This document shows positions 49,203-58,320 of a stretch of DNA of 64,000 bases, piece by piece. The DNA is taken from positions 14,697-78,696 of the forward strand of contig NZ_JBAYLY010000010.1 in the NCBI RefSeq assembly GCF_041663825.1, given 5' to 3'. The position numbers were made by a program, and so were the translations under genes. Source of the stretch: Methanoregula sp. Its GTDB lineage: Archaea; Halobacteriota; Methanomicrobia; Methanomicrobiales; Methanospirillaceae. Position 1 is the stretch's first letter. Each line of letters opens with the position of its first letter. The notes under the pieces are model-generated. The model ran no database searches. It was not told the DNA's origin and saw only the letters and a list, made by a program, of their open reading frames with translations.

Positions 49203-50576
49203 TTATGGGGCCACAGTACGTGACTGATGTTTACCGTTAGCATCGTTTTTTACATTTTGTTTCCAATGTTCACTGTTTTCGTTGAAGATGAAGATGAATT
49301 CCCGGCCCCGTTTTTCCCTGATGAGGTACCCGAGATCGGCAAGGTGGAGGAGATCCGTCCGGGCGGTCTCATAGACGGTGTTATACTGCTGCATGATCTC
49401 GCGGATGGTGAAATATTCATCGCTCTGCTCTATCATCGTGCGGAGGATGTCCCCTTCCCGCTGGTTGATATCCGGTATCTTTTTTATGAGGGCTTTTGTG
49501 GCGTTCTGCTCAGTCTGTTTTTCTTCCAGATAGTTCATCAGATCTCTTTTTGCCGCATTGATACAGTCAAGATTGTAGAGGAAGAAATACGTGAGATCCA
49601 TCTCATCGTATTCGGTATGGAGGTATGCGAGAGAGTATTTCTTCTTTGACCGGAGGATGATCCGGGAGATCGGCATGTATTCGAAGAGCCAGTATCCCCG
49701 TGAGATAACATACCAGTAGAAAAGGCTGCGTGCGGTCCGCCCGTTTCCGTCATTGAACGGGTGGATGTACCCGATGAGGAAGTGCAGGATGATCCCCTTT
49801 ATTACCGGGTGGATATAATCCCCGTCTCCGCTGTCGGTATCTTCTTTTTCGAGGTTTGCAAAGGTACACAAGTCCGTGATGTACCGGGGGATCTCAGGGT
49901 ATTCAGGAGGCGTATGATATACGACGCCGGTTGCCGGGTTTGCGACAACGATATCGTTGTTTGTCCTGAACTGCCCGACAGCTTCCTCATCGATCGTTCC
50001 CTTTGTTACCAGCCTGTGGATCTCAAGGAGGAGGGCAGGGGTGAGTGGGTCGTCCCTGTGTTCGAGGATGAAATTCATCGCCTCGTAATTGTTGAGCACC
50101 ATCTGCTCGGAGCTGTTTTTGGGTTTCCTGCCTTTTTTGAGCATCTCTTTTGCGACGTTCCGGGTCGTTGCTGCGCCTTCGAGGATGCTTGAGGCGATTG
50201 CCTCCTCCATGAACGAATTGATGATGTAAGACCGTTCGAGCCGGATGGTTTTGTTGTGGATGCGTATTGTGCCGGTGAGGTAACTGTCGATTGCATGGAG
50301 GCTTTTCACGATTTCCGGAATAATCGAATATGTGAGCCTGAAATGCGGATAGGGAATCTGTTCCTGCCGCATCGACCGGTACAACTTCATGACCGCCCAG
50401 GCCTTCCTCTGCTGATCAGGGTTTGGCACCCGGTATTTCAGCTCGTCCCAGGAGAGGTAGCGCCGGTTGTATTCCGTTACCTCTTTTTTGAACTGATCGT
50501 CAGCAAAATAATTTACCTGCCCGTCGGTGATATCCTGCGTCCAGTCAGAGGGTGGTTTGTCAGGTAATTGAGTCAT
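49203..50576 (-). CDS. fic: Fic-family protein (class II, N-terminal inhibitory helix; C-terminal wHTH)
   Basis: 457 aa. Fic core motif HPFNDGNGRTARSL, inhibitory-type motif SSILEG upstream, and a wHTH-like C-terminus (LHLADLGYLIREKRGREFIF). Confidence 0.88.
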   Translation of the reverse strand: MTQLPDKPPSDWTQDITDGQVNYFADDQFKKEVTEYNRRYLSWDELKYRVPNPDQQRKAWAVMKLYRSMRQEQIPYPHFRLTYSIIPEIVKSLHAIDSYLTGTIRIHNKTIRLERSYIINSFMEEAIASSILEGAATTRNVAKEMLKKGRKPKNSSEQMVLNNYEAMNFILEHRDDPLTPALLLEIHRLVTKGTIDEEAVGQFRTNNDIVVANPATGVVYHTPPEYPEIPRYITDLCTFANLEKEDTDSGDGDYIHPVIKGIILHFLIGYIHPFNDGNGRTARSLFYWYVISRGYWLFEYMPISRIILRSKKKYSLAYLHTEYDEMDLTYFFLYNLDCINAAKRDLMNYLEEKQTEQNATKALIKKIPDINQREGDILRTMIEQSDEYFTIREIMQQYNTVYETARTDLLHLADLGYLIREKRGREFIFIFNENSEHWKQNVKNDANGKHQSRTVAP

Positions 50577-50590
50577 GGCACCGGCTCGCT

Positions 50591-50708
50591 AACTACTAAA
50601 TTAGAACAAATTAGTATTTATTGGTAATTGGGATTCAGATACGGTATTTTAAGAAACCAGCCTTCGAAGCAACTACTAATTTAGCAGGAATTAGTATATT
50701 TTAGTAAT
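50591..50708. promoter_or_regulatory. Two ~38-bp AT-rich direct repeats upstream of fic (candidate operators/promoter)
   Basis: AACTACTAAATTAGAACAAATTAGTATTTATTGGTAAT (50591-50627) against AACTACTAATTTAGCAGGAATTAGTATATTTTAGTAAT (50671-50708). They start 15 nt upstream of the fic ATG (50576, minus strand). Confidence 0.5.
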
Positions 50709-50857
50709 AAGAAATACGATGGGAAAAGACAAAATCCCGGCTGTTCCCACAGTCCGGGAAATTGGCATCTGATCCTAGGTCCTGCCGTCCGGCACTCTGC
50801 CAGCGTGTTTCCTGAAATACTCCGCCTCACATCCGCGTTGTTGTGGAGCTTGTCAGC

Positions 50858-51190
50858 GGTCGCCCTGACCGATCCCTGATATCGATCGGTCCGACCGGTT
50901 TTTCTGCTGAGTGAGTGGTAGGGGGGAGGGGGGTGATCTCAAATCCGCGTGGATCAATGGTCGCCCTGACCAATGATCATGATCGGTCGGTCCGACCTCT
51001 TGTCAAGTACGGTCGGGGCGATCCCCCGTTCTCGTCTGAACCTTCAGTGGAAACACAGGTCATGGCACTGGAAAAGGAGAGGTCGCCCCGACAGATTTTA
51101 AAATTGATCGGTCCGACCATTTTTTCTGCTGAGTGGGAGGTAGGGGGGAGGGGGGTGACCGATTTTTTTGGAGGGAGGGGTGGGTGATCG
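50858..51190 (+). repeat. Composite G-tract/hairpin element, copy 3 (variant architecture)
   Basis: ~80-bp units at 50858-50938 and 51081-51160: GGTCGCCCYGAC + hairpin + CGACC + TTTTTCTGCTGAGTG + GGTAGGGGGGAGGGGGGTGA. A partial unit lies at 50959-50997. AAATCCGCGTGGA resembles the cores of copies 1 and 2. Confidence 0.75.
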
Positions 51191-51432
51191 TGATAAAGGG
51201 TAAGGGTGTTACTATTCGGTAATTGAGGACACTAAAAAAAGAGCACGCAGCATTACCTAAAGAAAAATGCTGATGATGATCCCCCGCCCCGGCTGTCTTT
51301 TGTGCAAATCCGTTTTACCAGTTACTGCCGCACCCCTGAGTATCCTTCTTTCCGGCCCCGGCAGGTGCTTATGGCCCGGGCAAGTGGATGCGTTCTTAAT
51401 CTTTCCCGGGATACCAGTACGTTACAAGCAGC

Positions 51433-52320
51433 GTGGTCTTTTTGCGGCAGGAAAAAGTAAAGGACAAAGCAGGAAAGGCCCGGGTCCGGAAGGGTTCAAA
51501 GGATGCCAAAGAGATCCACCTCCCCCGTGAAAACCCGGCAATCGAACCGTTCCTCAACCGGATCATCTGCGGCGACGCGGCAGAGGTCCTTGCCACAATC
51601 CCGTCCGAAAGCGTCGATCTTGTTATCACCTCGCCGCCCTATAACTTCGGCCACGCATACGCCCATGACCCCCACGATGACACCCACGAGTGGAACGAGT
51701 ACTTCGCGACCCTCAACCGGGTCTGGATCGAGTGTTTTCGGGTGCTCAAACCCGGGGGCAGGATGGCAATAAACGTCCAGCCGCTCTTCTCCGACTACGT
51801 CCCGACACACCACATCATCTCCCGGCAGCTCGCCGGGCTCGGTCTGCTCTGGAAAGCGGAGTTTTTGTGGGAGAAGAACAACTACAATGCGAAGTACACC
51901 GCTTGGGGGAGCTGGAAATCGCCGTCCATGCCCTACATCAAGTACACATGGGAGTTTGTCGAGGTCTTTGACAAGGAGACTCACAAGAAGACCGGCCGGC
52001 GCGAGGACATCGATATCACCGCTGACGAGTTCAAGGAGTGGGTGATCGGCCGGTGGACGATCCCTCCCGAACACCACATGAAAGAGTACGATCACCCGGC
52101 AATGTTTCCCGAGGAACTCCCCCGTCGGATCATGAAACTCTTTTCATACAAAAACGATATCGTGCTCGATCCCTTTAACGGTGCGGGAACGACCACGCTT
52201 GTCGCCGCAAAACAGGGACGCCGGTTTATCGGGATCGATGTGTCGGAGCAGTACTGCGACACCGCCCGGCAGCGGCTGGAGACGGTACCGGGCGTTGGTG
52301 AAGTGGCTGCCCGGTCATAA
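51433..52320 (+). CDS. Beta-class DNA methyltransferase (N4-cytosine or N6-adenine), apparently orphan
   Basis: Motif IV DLVITSPPY precedes motif I VLDPFNGAGTT (the beta-class order). There is no in-frame ATG upstream of motif IV, so the start must be GTG 51433 or TTG 51442. Confidence 0.82.
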   Translation: MVFLRQEKVKDKAGKARVRKGSKDAKEIHLPRENPAIEPFLNRIICGDAAEVLATIPSESVDLVITSPPYNFGHAYAHDPHDDTHEWNEYFATLNRVWIECFRVLKPGGRMAINVQPLFSDYVPTHHIISRQLAGLGLLWKAEFLWEKNNYNAKYTAWGSWKSPSMPYIKYTWEFVEVFDKETHKKTGRREDIDITADEFKEWVIGRWTIPPEHHMKEYDHPAMFPEELPRRIMKLFSYKNDIVLDPFNGAGTTTLVAAKQGRRFIGIDVSEQYCDTARQRLETVPGVGEVAARS

Positions 52321-52332
52321 CTTTTTTCCTTT

Positions 52333-52632
52333 TCACTCCGGCATATTTGCTTTTACCCACTCATATGTACCTTTCCGGTCATATGCGTGGGTCACGATGT
52401 AATTGTGGACCTGCGCATAGGTATCGTACGAGGAGACGAGACTCCTGTACGTGGCAAGTTCGGCGTTATAGGCCGCGACGAGCGCGTTGTGATTCGAGAC
52501 CTGTGCGTTGTAGGCCCCGACGTTTCCTGAACGTTTCAGGGCCTGCATCTGCGATTCGAGTCTCGCGATCGGGTCCTGCTTTGCTGTAAGGTCAGCAGCA
52601 AGCGGTTTGATCTGCGTTTCCATGCCCGGCAC
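52333..52632 (-). CDS. Small hypothetical coiled-coil protein
   Basis: 99-aa ORF with host-like GC3, downstream of and codirectional with the HAD gene. No family recognised. Confidence 0.4.
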   Translation of the reverse strand: MPGMETQIKPLAADLTAKQDPIARLESQMQALKRSGNVGAYNAQVSNHNALVAAYNAELATYRSLVSSYDTYAQVHNYIVTHAYDRKGTYEWVKANMPE

Positions 52633-52707
52633 CTTCTGTTCAGAACTGGAGGAAATATTGTGAATGTAGGTAGTCTCGATGCCGCTGCTGTACCTGCTCT
52701 TCTCCGG

Positions 52708-53484
52708 TTACAGGATCGTTCTTATATCTCCGAGAGAGTTTATGACAGCAGCGGGTTTTACCCGGGCGTTTTCGAGCGTGTCCTCCCGGAACTTGCCGGT
52801 CCGGACAAGAACGCCCCGCATCCCGGCTCCCTGTGCCCCACCGATATCGGTAAGGATATCATCGCCGATCATCACCACCCCGCGTGCGTCAAGCCCCCTA
52901 TCGCGCAACGCGAGATCGAAGAATGCCTTTGCAGGTTTCCCCACGACAGTTGCCGTTTTACCGGTCGCAGATTCCAGTGCCGCCACAAACGGCCCGGCCG
53001 AGAGCGAGAGCCCGTCTTTGTCCATCCAGTACCGGTCTTTTTCAAGCGCAATGAGATCTGCTCCCTCCATCAGGCAGCGGAAGGCGTGGTTCATGCTGGC
53101 ATACGTTACCCTGTCCCCTGCGTCTCCGACAATTACGTAATCAACGGCTATGGAACCGTCATCGGTGCAGGTTCCGGCAAAGTCCCGGTCCACATCCCCG
53201 GTTGTGAGGAGGTATGCCCGGTGTTTCCCGGTCTCCTGCATGAACCGGACTGCCGCAAGCGGCGGGGTGAAGATCGCGGATTCAGGAATGTCAAAACCCA
53301 TTGTTTCGAGTTTTGCTGCAATGGTCGCCCGGCATTTGCGGGTCGAGTTGGAGACGCACCGGAACGGGTATCCCTGATCCATAAGATATGCGATCGCCTC
53401 ACGGGCACCGGGGACCGGGGTGTCACCAGTGTAGAGCACGCCGTCAATATCGATAAGAAACCCGGTTATCTTCTGGCCATCCAT
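52708..53484 (-). CDS. HAD-superfamily hydrolase, subfamily IIA (NagD-like)
   Basis: FLIDIDGVLY (DxDG), CVSNST and MIGDDILTDIGGAQ. ATG 53484 is preferred. Confidence 0.85.
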   Translation of the reverse strand: MDGQKITGFLIDIDGVLYTGDTPVPGAREAIAYLMDQGYPFRCVSNSTRKCRATIAAKLETMGFDIPESAIFTPPLAAVRFMQETGKHRAYLLTTGDVDRDFAGTCTDDGSIAVDYVIVGDAGDRVTYASMNHAFRCLMEGADLIALEKDRYWMDKDGLSLSAGPFVAALESATGKTATVVGKPAKAFFDLALRDRGLDARGVVMIGDDILTDIGGAQGAGMRGVLVRTGKFREDTLENARVKPAAVINSLGDIRTIL

Positions 53485-53495
53485 CCCCGCACCTG

Positions 53496-54152
53496 TCACA
53501 TCTTCCAGCCGTTGAGGAACGCATTCACGATCGCATCGCACAGTACCCGGTTGCCATCCGTTTTTGTTGCGGTATCTTTCATTATCGCGAGCCGTTCGTG
53601 GTCGCCGAGATCCTTTGCCCAGAACGCGATCACCGGTTCCGTCACTTCCGGGTGGAACTGGACGCCGAGCGTGTGGCCGAGCAGGAATGCCTGGTTTTTC
53701 ACTGCGGTTCCTGTTGCAAGGAGGCGTGCCCCCTCCGGGAGATCGAAAGTCTCCTTATGCCAGTGGAAGACCTCAACCTCCCCCGGGAAGAAACGGTGCC
53801 CGGAAGTATTGCAACCCTGGATCTTCCGCCAGCCCAGTTCCTTCTCGCCCGCACAGACTTTCTTCCCGCACGCGGCCGCGATCATCTGGGCGCCGAGGCA
53901 GATCCCAAGTACGGTCGCGTCGCGGGCGATCGCTTTTCTCACCAGCGCTTTTTCGGGCGCAAGGAACGGGTACTTGCTCTCATCGTTGACGCTCATCTGG
54001 CCGCCAAGAACAATAAGCCGGCCGGGCGGATCGTCCGGGAGCGCATCGCCTTCGTAGAGCCGGAGGATCCGGAAGGGTTCGTTTCGGGCCGCCAGGCATT
54101 CCTCTACGGTACCTGCCGGTTCGTGTTCCCCGTGCTGGAGGATCGTGATCAT
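53496..54152 (-). CDS. Class I glutamine amidotransferase-like protein
   Basis: LGICLGAQMIA (nucleophile elbow) and GVQFHPE. Confidence 0.85.
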   Translation of the reverse strand: MITILQHGEHEPAGTVEECLAARNEPFRILRLYEGDALPDDPPGRLIVLGGQMSVNDESKYPFLAPEKALVRKAIARDATVLGICLGAQMIAAACGKKVCAGEKELGWRKIQGCNTSGHRFFPGEVEVFHWHKETFDLPEGARLLATGTAVKNQAFLLGHTLGVQFHPEVTEPVIAFWAKDLGDHERLAIMKDTATKTDGNRVLCDAIVNAFLNGWKM

Positions 54153-54251
54153 TAAAAACCGGTGTGCGTGGGATCATGATGAGGGTTCGCATCACTTTCA
54201 CCCCCCACGGCCGGCCTTTAATCATCCGGTCCCCGGATTTCCTTATTACAG

Positions 54252-55337
54252 ATGGCTGTCATGCAGGCAGAAAGCAGGATCGGGGCGCTCTGGCAGCAGC
54301 GGATGGATTCCCTGAGAGAGTATGATGTTGTCCGTGACGGGAACGTCTTTGGTGCGGGCCTTGCCGGCAGCTGCCTCTTCTCTTCTGAATATGACAAGGC
54401 CCGTGCCCTTCTCGGAGATCTCATCGCCCGGTACGAAGGCATTGCATTCGAGACCCTTTTCCCCGGGAAGGAGATCTCAAATGATGGCGGCACCTGCATC
54501 GCGCTTGAGAGCCGTCATATCCTGCCCAGAACCGCAATCGACACGGAACGCCTCTCCCGGGAGATGCTCTCCGATCTCACGCTCGTGCATGGGGTAGGCG
54601 ATCTGTCGGAGCGGCGCCTGAAGGCCCGGGGCTACCGGACGATCGCTGACCTTGCAGAGCACCCGAAGTTCCGGTCTGCGGCCCGGCAGGTGCTCGGACG
54701 GCTGACCCGGGCTGACCCGGGTGATGTCATGGACCTTGTCGGCAGCCGGCATGCAAAGTCCCATCCGTTTGCGCTTGGGACGGCCGGTTCGTTTGAACCG
54801 GAGGATTACGTTTTTCTTGATATCGAGACGCTCGGGCTCTTCTCCCGGCCGATCATCCTCTTTGGTGTCGGCACGATCCAAGAGGACCATCTTGTCGTCC
54901 ACCAGTACCTGCTGCGCGATATCAGCGAGGAAGCTGCCGCGCTTGCCGCGACCGTGGAACAGGTATCTGGAGATCGCCCGGCACTCGTGACCTTCAACGG
55001 GAAGGCGTTCGATCTACCCTACGTGCAGGACCGGCTGGCCTACTACGGCCTTCGTGCGATCTCACGGATCCCGCATTTCGATGTACTGCACTTCTCCCGG
55101 CGCCGGTGGAAAGGGCAGTTTGCCTCATGCCGGCTCTCCGCGCTTGAATCCGAGGTCCTTGGCGTTACCCGGACTGACGACGTCCCCGGCCAGATGGTGC
55201 CGGAGTTTTATGCGACCTACTTAAAGACAAAGAACTGTGGCCCCCTTGTCCCGGTAGTCGACCACAACCGGCAGGATGTGGTCTCGCTCGCGCTTCTCTT
55301 CTTTTACCTGCTGGGGGAGACCTGTGGCTGTCGCTGA
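54252..55337 (+). CDS. YprB/MrfB-like RNase H-fold exonuclease with HhH motif
   Basis: LVHGVGDLSERRLKARGYRTIADL (HhH), then YVFLDIETLGL, LVTFNGKAFDLPY and DHNRQDV (DEDD-like exonuclease fold, PF13482-like). Confidence 0.68.
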   Translation: MAVMQAESRIGALWQQRMDSLREYDVVRDGNVFGAGLAGSCLFSSEYDKARALLGDLIARYEGIAFETLFPGKEISNDGGTCIALESRHILPRTAIDTERLSREMLSDLTLVHGVGDLSERRLKARGYRTIADLAEHPKFRSAARQVLGRLTRADPGDVMDLVGSRHAKSHPFALGTAGSFEPEDYVFLDIETLGLFSRPIILFGVGTIQEDHLVVHQYLLRDISEEAAALAATVEQVSGDRPALVTFNGKAFDLPYVQDRLAYYGLRAISRIPHFDVLHFSRRRWKGQFASCRLSALESEVLGVTRTDDVPGQMVPEFYATYLKTKNCGPLVPVVDHNRQDVVSLALLFFYLLGETCGCR

Positions 55338-57633
55338 CGTGGTCCGGCTCCTCCTGACGAACCCTGTGTACCGCAGCCGGGTCACCTGCCACCAGGTCTT
55401 TGACCCTGAGCCGGCCCGGTACGGCACGCTGGATGCACCGCTCCCCGCGGCTATCGAAGCGTATCTTACTCACAGCGGCATCCGGCTGTACTCCCACCAG
55501 TGCGAGGCGATCAACGTGCTCCGGTCCGGGAAAAATGTGATCATCATCACGCCCACGGCAAGCGGGAAGACCCTCGCGTTCAACATACCCGTGTTTGCCG
55601 GCCTCACGGCAGACCCCAACGCCCGGGCGCTCTACCTCTACCCCACAAAAGCCCTCTCGAACGACCAGTTTGCCACCCTCAAAGCGATGGAAAAATTCAC
55701 CGGAATCCCGGCAAAACCGGCGATCTACGATGGCGACACGCCGCAGTCAAAAAGGGCAGCCATCCGGGAGAATGCCCGGATCGTCATCTCCAACCCCCAC
55801 GAGATCCACCAGGTCCTCTCGTGGCACGCGAAATGGAGCCCGTTTTTCTCGAACCTGAAGTTTATCGTGCTTGACGAAGCCCACCGGTACCGGGGGGTTT
55901 TCGGTTCCCAGATTGCACTGTTGATCCGGCGTCTCCTGCGGGTCGCACGATTCTACGGCTCCGACCCGCAGTTTGTCCTCTCGACTGCAACCCTTGCAAA
56001 CCCGGAGGAATTTGCCGGTCGGCTCGTGGGCCGTCCCTTTACTCTCGTCGACATTGACGGTTCACCGCACGGGACCCGGCACTTTGTCCTCTACAATCCC
56101 TTCTATGACGGGATCGGCGAACGCTCCTCCCACCAGGAGACAAAAGACATCCTGCTCTCCTGCGTGAAAGGGGACCTCCAGACGCTGTGCTTTACCGGCT
56201 CTCGGAAGATGGCCGAGCTCGTCACCATCTGGACCCGGGAGGATGCCCGGCGTACTTCCGCACGGCTTGCAGAGAGTATCTCCGCGTACCGGGCCGGCTA
56301 CCTGCCCGAAGAGCGGCGCACGATCGAGCGGCAGCTCAAAAGCGGGGAGATCCGGGGTGTCGTCTCCACGAACGCGCTCGAACTCGGTATCGATATCGGC
56401 TCGCTCGATGCGGTGATCATCGACGGGTACCCGGGCACGATGATGTCGACCCGACAGCAGGCCGGGCGTGCCGGCCGGAAAGGCGGGGAGTCGCTTGCTG
56501 TGCTCGTGGCGCAGGCAAACCCGCTCGACCAGTACTTCATGCACCACCCGGATGCGTTCTTCTCCCGCTCCCACGAGCACGCGATCATCGATACCGAAAA
56601 TCCCTACATCGTCTCGGGGCACCTGCTCTGCGCGGCGGCGGAACTGCCCCTCCGCGAAGAGACCGATGCCGGGTTTTTCGGTGAATCGTTTGTGCCCCTG
56701 CTTGCGGAGCTGGCAGAAAGCGGCCTCGTTACAAAGACGCCGCGCGGGTGGGTGTATGCGGGTCGGGGCCGGGCTGCCGACGCGGTGAGACTCGATGGCA
56801 TGGCGGCCGAGAGTTTCCGGATCATGTGCCAGGGCCGGCTGCTTGAGACGATGGACCGGGCGCAGGCCTACCGCGAGGCGCACAAGGGAGCGATCATGCT
56901 CCACCAGGGCGAGACCTACGTGGTAAACGAGATGGACCTCGAAACCCACACGGTACGGGTGACCGAGACGGATGTCGATTACTACACGCAGCCGTTAAAA
57001 GAGGTGGACCTCCGCGTCATCGAAACGCTGGAGACCCGGGACGTACAGGGCACACAATGTGCGTTTGGCGATGTCGAAGTGACCGAGCAGTACACCGGTT
57101 ACAAGATCAAGAAGGGCGACACGATCATCGGTGTCGAACCCCTCTCGCTCCCTCCGCTCACCTTCCGGACAAAAGCCTTCTGGCTTGTCCTTTCGGACCC
57201 GGTCGCCACCGCCGTCTCCGCTGCCGGCCTCGATCTCGCCGGCGGGCTGCACGGCGCCGAACACGCCATCATCGCTCTCATGCCCCTCCATGTCATGTGC
57301 GACCGGTGGGATATCGGAGGCCTCTCCACGCCCGCGTTTGGCGAAAACGGCGAGCCGACCATTTTCGTCTATGACGGGTATGAAGGAGGCATCGGCCTTG
57401 CGGAGAAAGCGTTCGGTCTCCTGCCCGCGCTCTTTTTGAGCGCATACGAACTGGTGCGCGACTGCCCGTGCAAAAAAGGCTGCCCGTCCTGCATCTACTC
57501 CCCCAAGTGCGGCAACGACAACGTCCCGCTCGACAAGGAAGCGACCGTAAAAATTCTCTGCGAACTCTCACGGGTGCCGGAAAAATATGATGGTACCGGG
57601 ATCACGGCCGGGCCGGAACCTGCCGCCCCGTAA
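55276..57633 (+). CDS. DEAD/DEAH-box helicase with C-terminal DUF1998 (YprA/MrfA-like)
   Basis: TPTASGKT, VLDEAHRY, QQAGRAGR and the C-terminal zinc motif CPCKKGCPSCIYSPKCGNDN. The true start is probably GTG 55324 or 55339, overlapping the yprB-like stop. Confidence 0.85.
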   Translation: MWSRSRFSSFTCWGRPVAVADVVRLLLTNPVYRSRVTCHQVFDPEPARYGTLDAPLPAAIEAYLTHSGIRLYSHQCEAINVLRSGKNVIIITPTASGKTLAFNIPVFAGLTADPNARALYLYPTKALSNDQFATLKAMEKFTGIPAKPAIYDGDTPQSKRAAIRENARIVISNPHEIHQVLSWHAKWSPFFSNLKFIVLDEAHRYRGVFGSQIALLIRRLLRVARFYGSDPQFVLSTATLANPEEFAGRLVGRPFTLVDIDGSPHGTRHFVLYNPFYDGIGERSSHQETKDILLSCVKGDLQTLCFTGSRKMAELVTIWTREDARRTSARLAESISAYRAGYLPEERRTIERQLKSGEIRGVVSTNALELGIDIGSLDAVIIDGYPGTMMSTRQQAGRAGRKGGESLAVLVAQANPLDQYFMHHPDAFFSRSHEHAIIDTENPYIVSGHLLCAAAELPLREETDAGFFGESFVPLLAELAESGLVTKTPRGWVYAGRGRAADAVRLDGMAAESFRIMCQGRLLETMDRAQAYREAHKGAIMLHQGETYVVNEMDLETHTVRVTETDVDYYTQPLKEVDLRVIETLETRDVQGTQCAFGDVEVTEQYTGYKIKKGDTIIGVEPLSLPPLTFRTKAFWLVLSDPVATAVSAAGLDLAGGLHGAEHAIIALMPLHVMCDRWDIGGLSTPAFGENGEPTIFVYDGYEGGIGLAEKAFGLLPALFLSAYELVRDCPCKKGCPSCIYSPKCGNDNVPLDKEATVKILCELSRVPEKYDGTGITAGPEPAAP

Positions 57634-57654
57634 ATACCGTGTGAATTTTCTGGT

Positions 57655-57891
57655 TTAATCTACGAGCACGACACGGCTCTCGGGCTCCGGCTCATCGCCC
57701 TCAAAGATGAACAGGTCGTCGATACTCGCGTGCAGGGCCTTTGCAACATCATGCGCCAGCTTGAGCGACGGGTTGTACTTTCCCTGTTCAAGAAAGACGA
57801 TCGTCTCGCGGCGCACCCCGACTTTTTTTGCGAGGTCGTCCTGGGTAAGGGAGTGCCGGGCCCGGTATTCTTTGATTCGGGTGATCATCAT
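57655..57891 (-). CDS. XRE-family HTH transcriptional regulator
   Basis: 78 aa. [39 protein letters not shown]. Confidence 0.85.
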   Translation of the reverse strand: MMITRIKEYRARHSLTQDDLAKKVGVRRETIVFLEQGKYNPSLKLAHDVAKALHASIDDLFIFEGDEPEPESRVVLVD

Positions 57892-57906
57892 CCCACTCCT
57901 TGAGTT

Positions 57907-58320
57907 TTATTCTCCATTGATGTCGCCCTTCCTGTTATAATACCGTGACAAGAGAGTGGAACTCAGTCCCATGGTAAAGAAAATTATCATAATTACTGAA
58001 CGGGCATCCAGATCCAGCAATCCCGAAAAGTCAAGCATAGCGAGAATGCAGACCACTGTGAAGGAAAAAGAAAACGCTTTCATGAATGTATGAGCCCGGA
58101 TTTTCAGGATCCGTTCATCTAAAACACTGGATTTTTCATTAAAACCCTGTTGTTGAAATATTGAAATTACGATAAACAGAAGGCCTGCTGAAATAAGAAC
58201 ACTGGAGAGGAATATGATCGTTTGGGGCTGGGGCATCCCGTTCCGAATTAGGACAAGGAGTAATCCCACAGCTGTTGTACAACCGCCGATTACCAGGTTC
58301 CGGCGAATTGTTGTCATCAT
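57907..58320 (-). CDS. Four-TM membrane protein (DUF2178-like), operon partner of the XRE regulator
   Basis: 137 aa from ATG 58320 (TAATG overlap with the upstream gene). Hydrophobic segments are separated by a short soluble loop. Confidence 0.6.
   Translation of the reverse strand: MMTTIRRNLVIGGCTTAVGLLLVLIRNGMPQPQTIIFLSSVLISAGLLFIVISIFQQQGFNEKSSVLDERILKIRAHTFMKAFSFSFTVVCILAMLDFSGLLDLDARSVIMIIFFTMGLSSTLLSRYYNRKGDINGE

Noticed and set aside
52660-54057. 465-aa plus-strand ORF
   Set aside because: It spans and lies antisense to two well-supported minus-strand genes (the HAD hydrolase and the GATase). Its composition is Arg/Pro/Ser-rich, as is typical of shadow frames.
56062-56949. 295-aa minus-strand ORF
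   Set aside because: It lies antisense to the DEAH/DUF1998 helicase.
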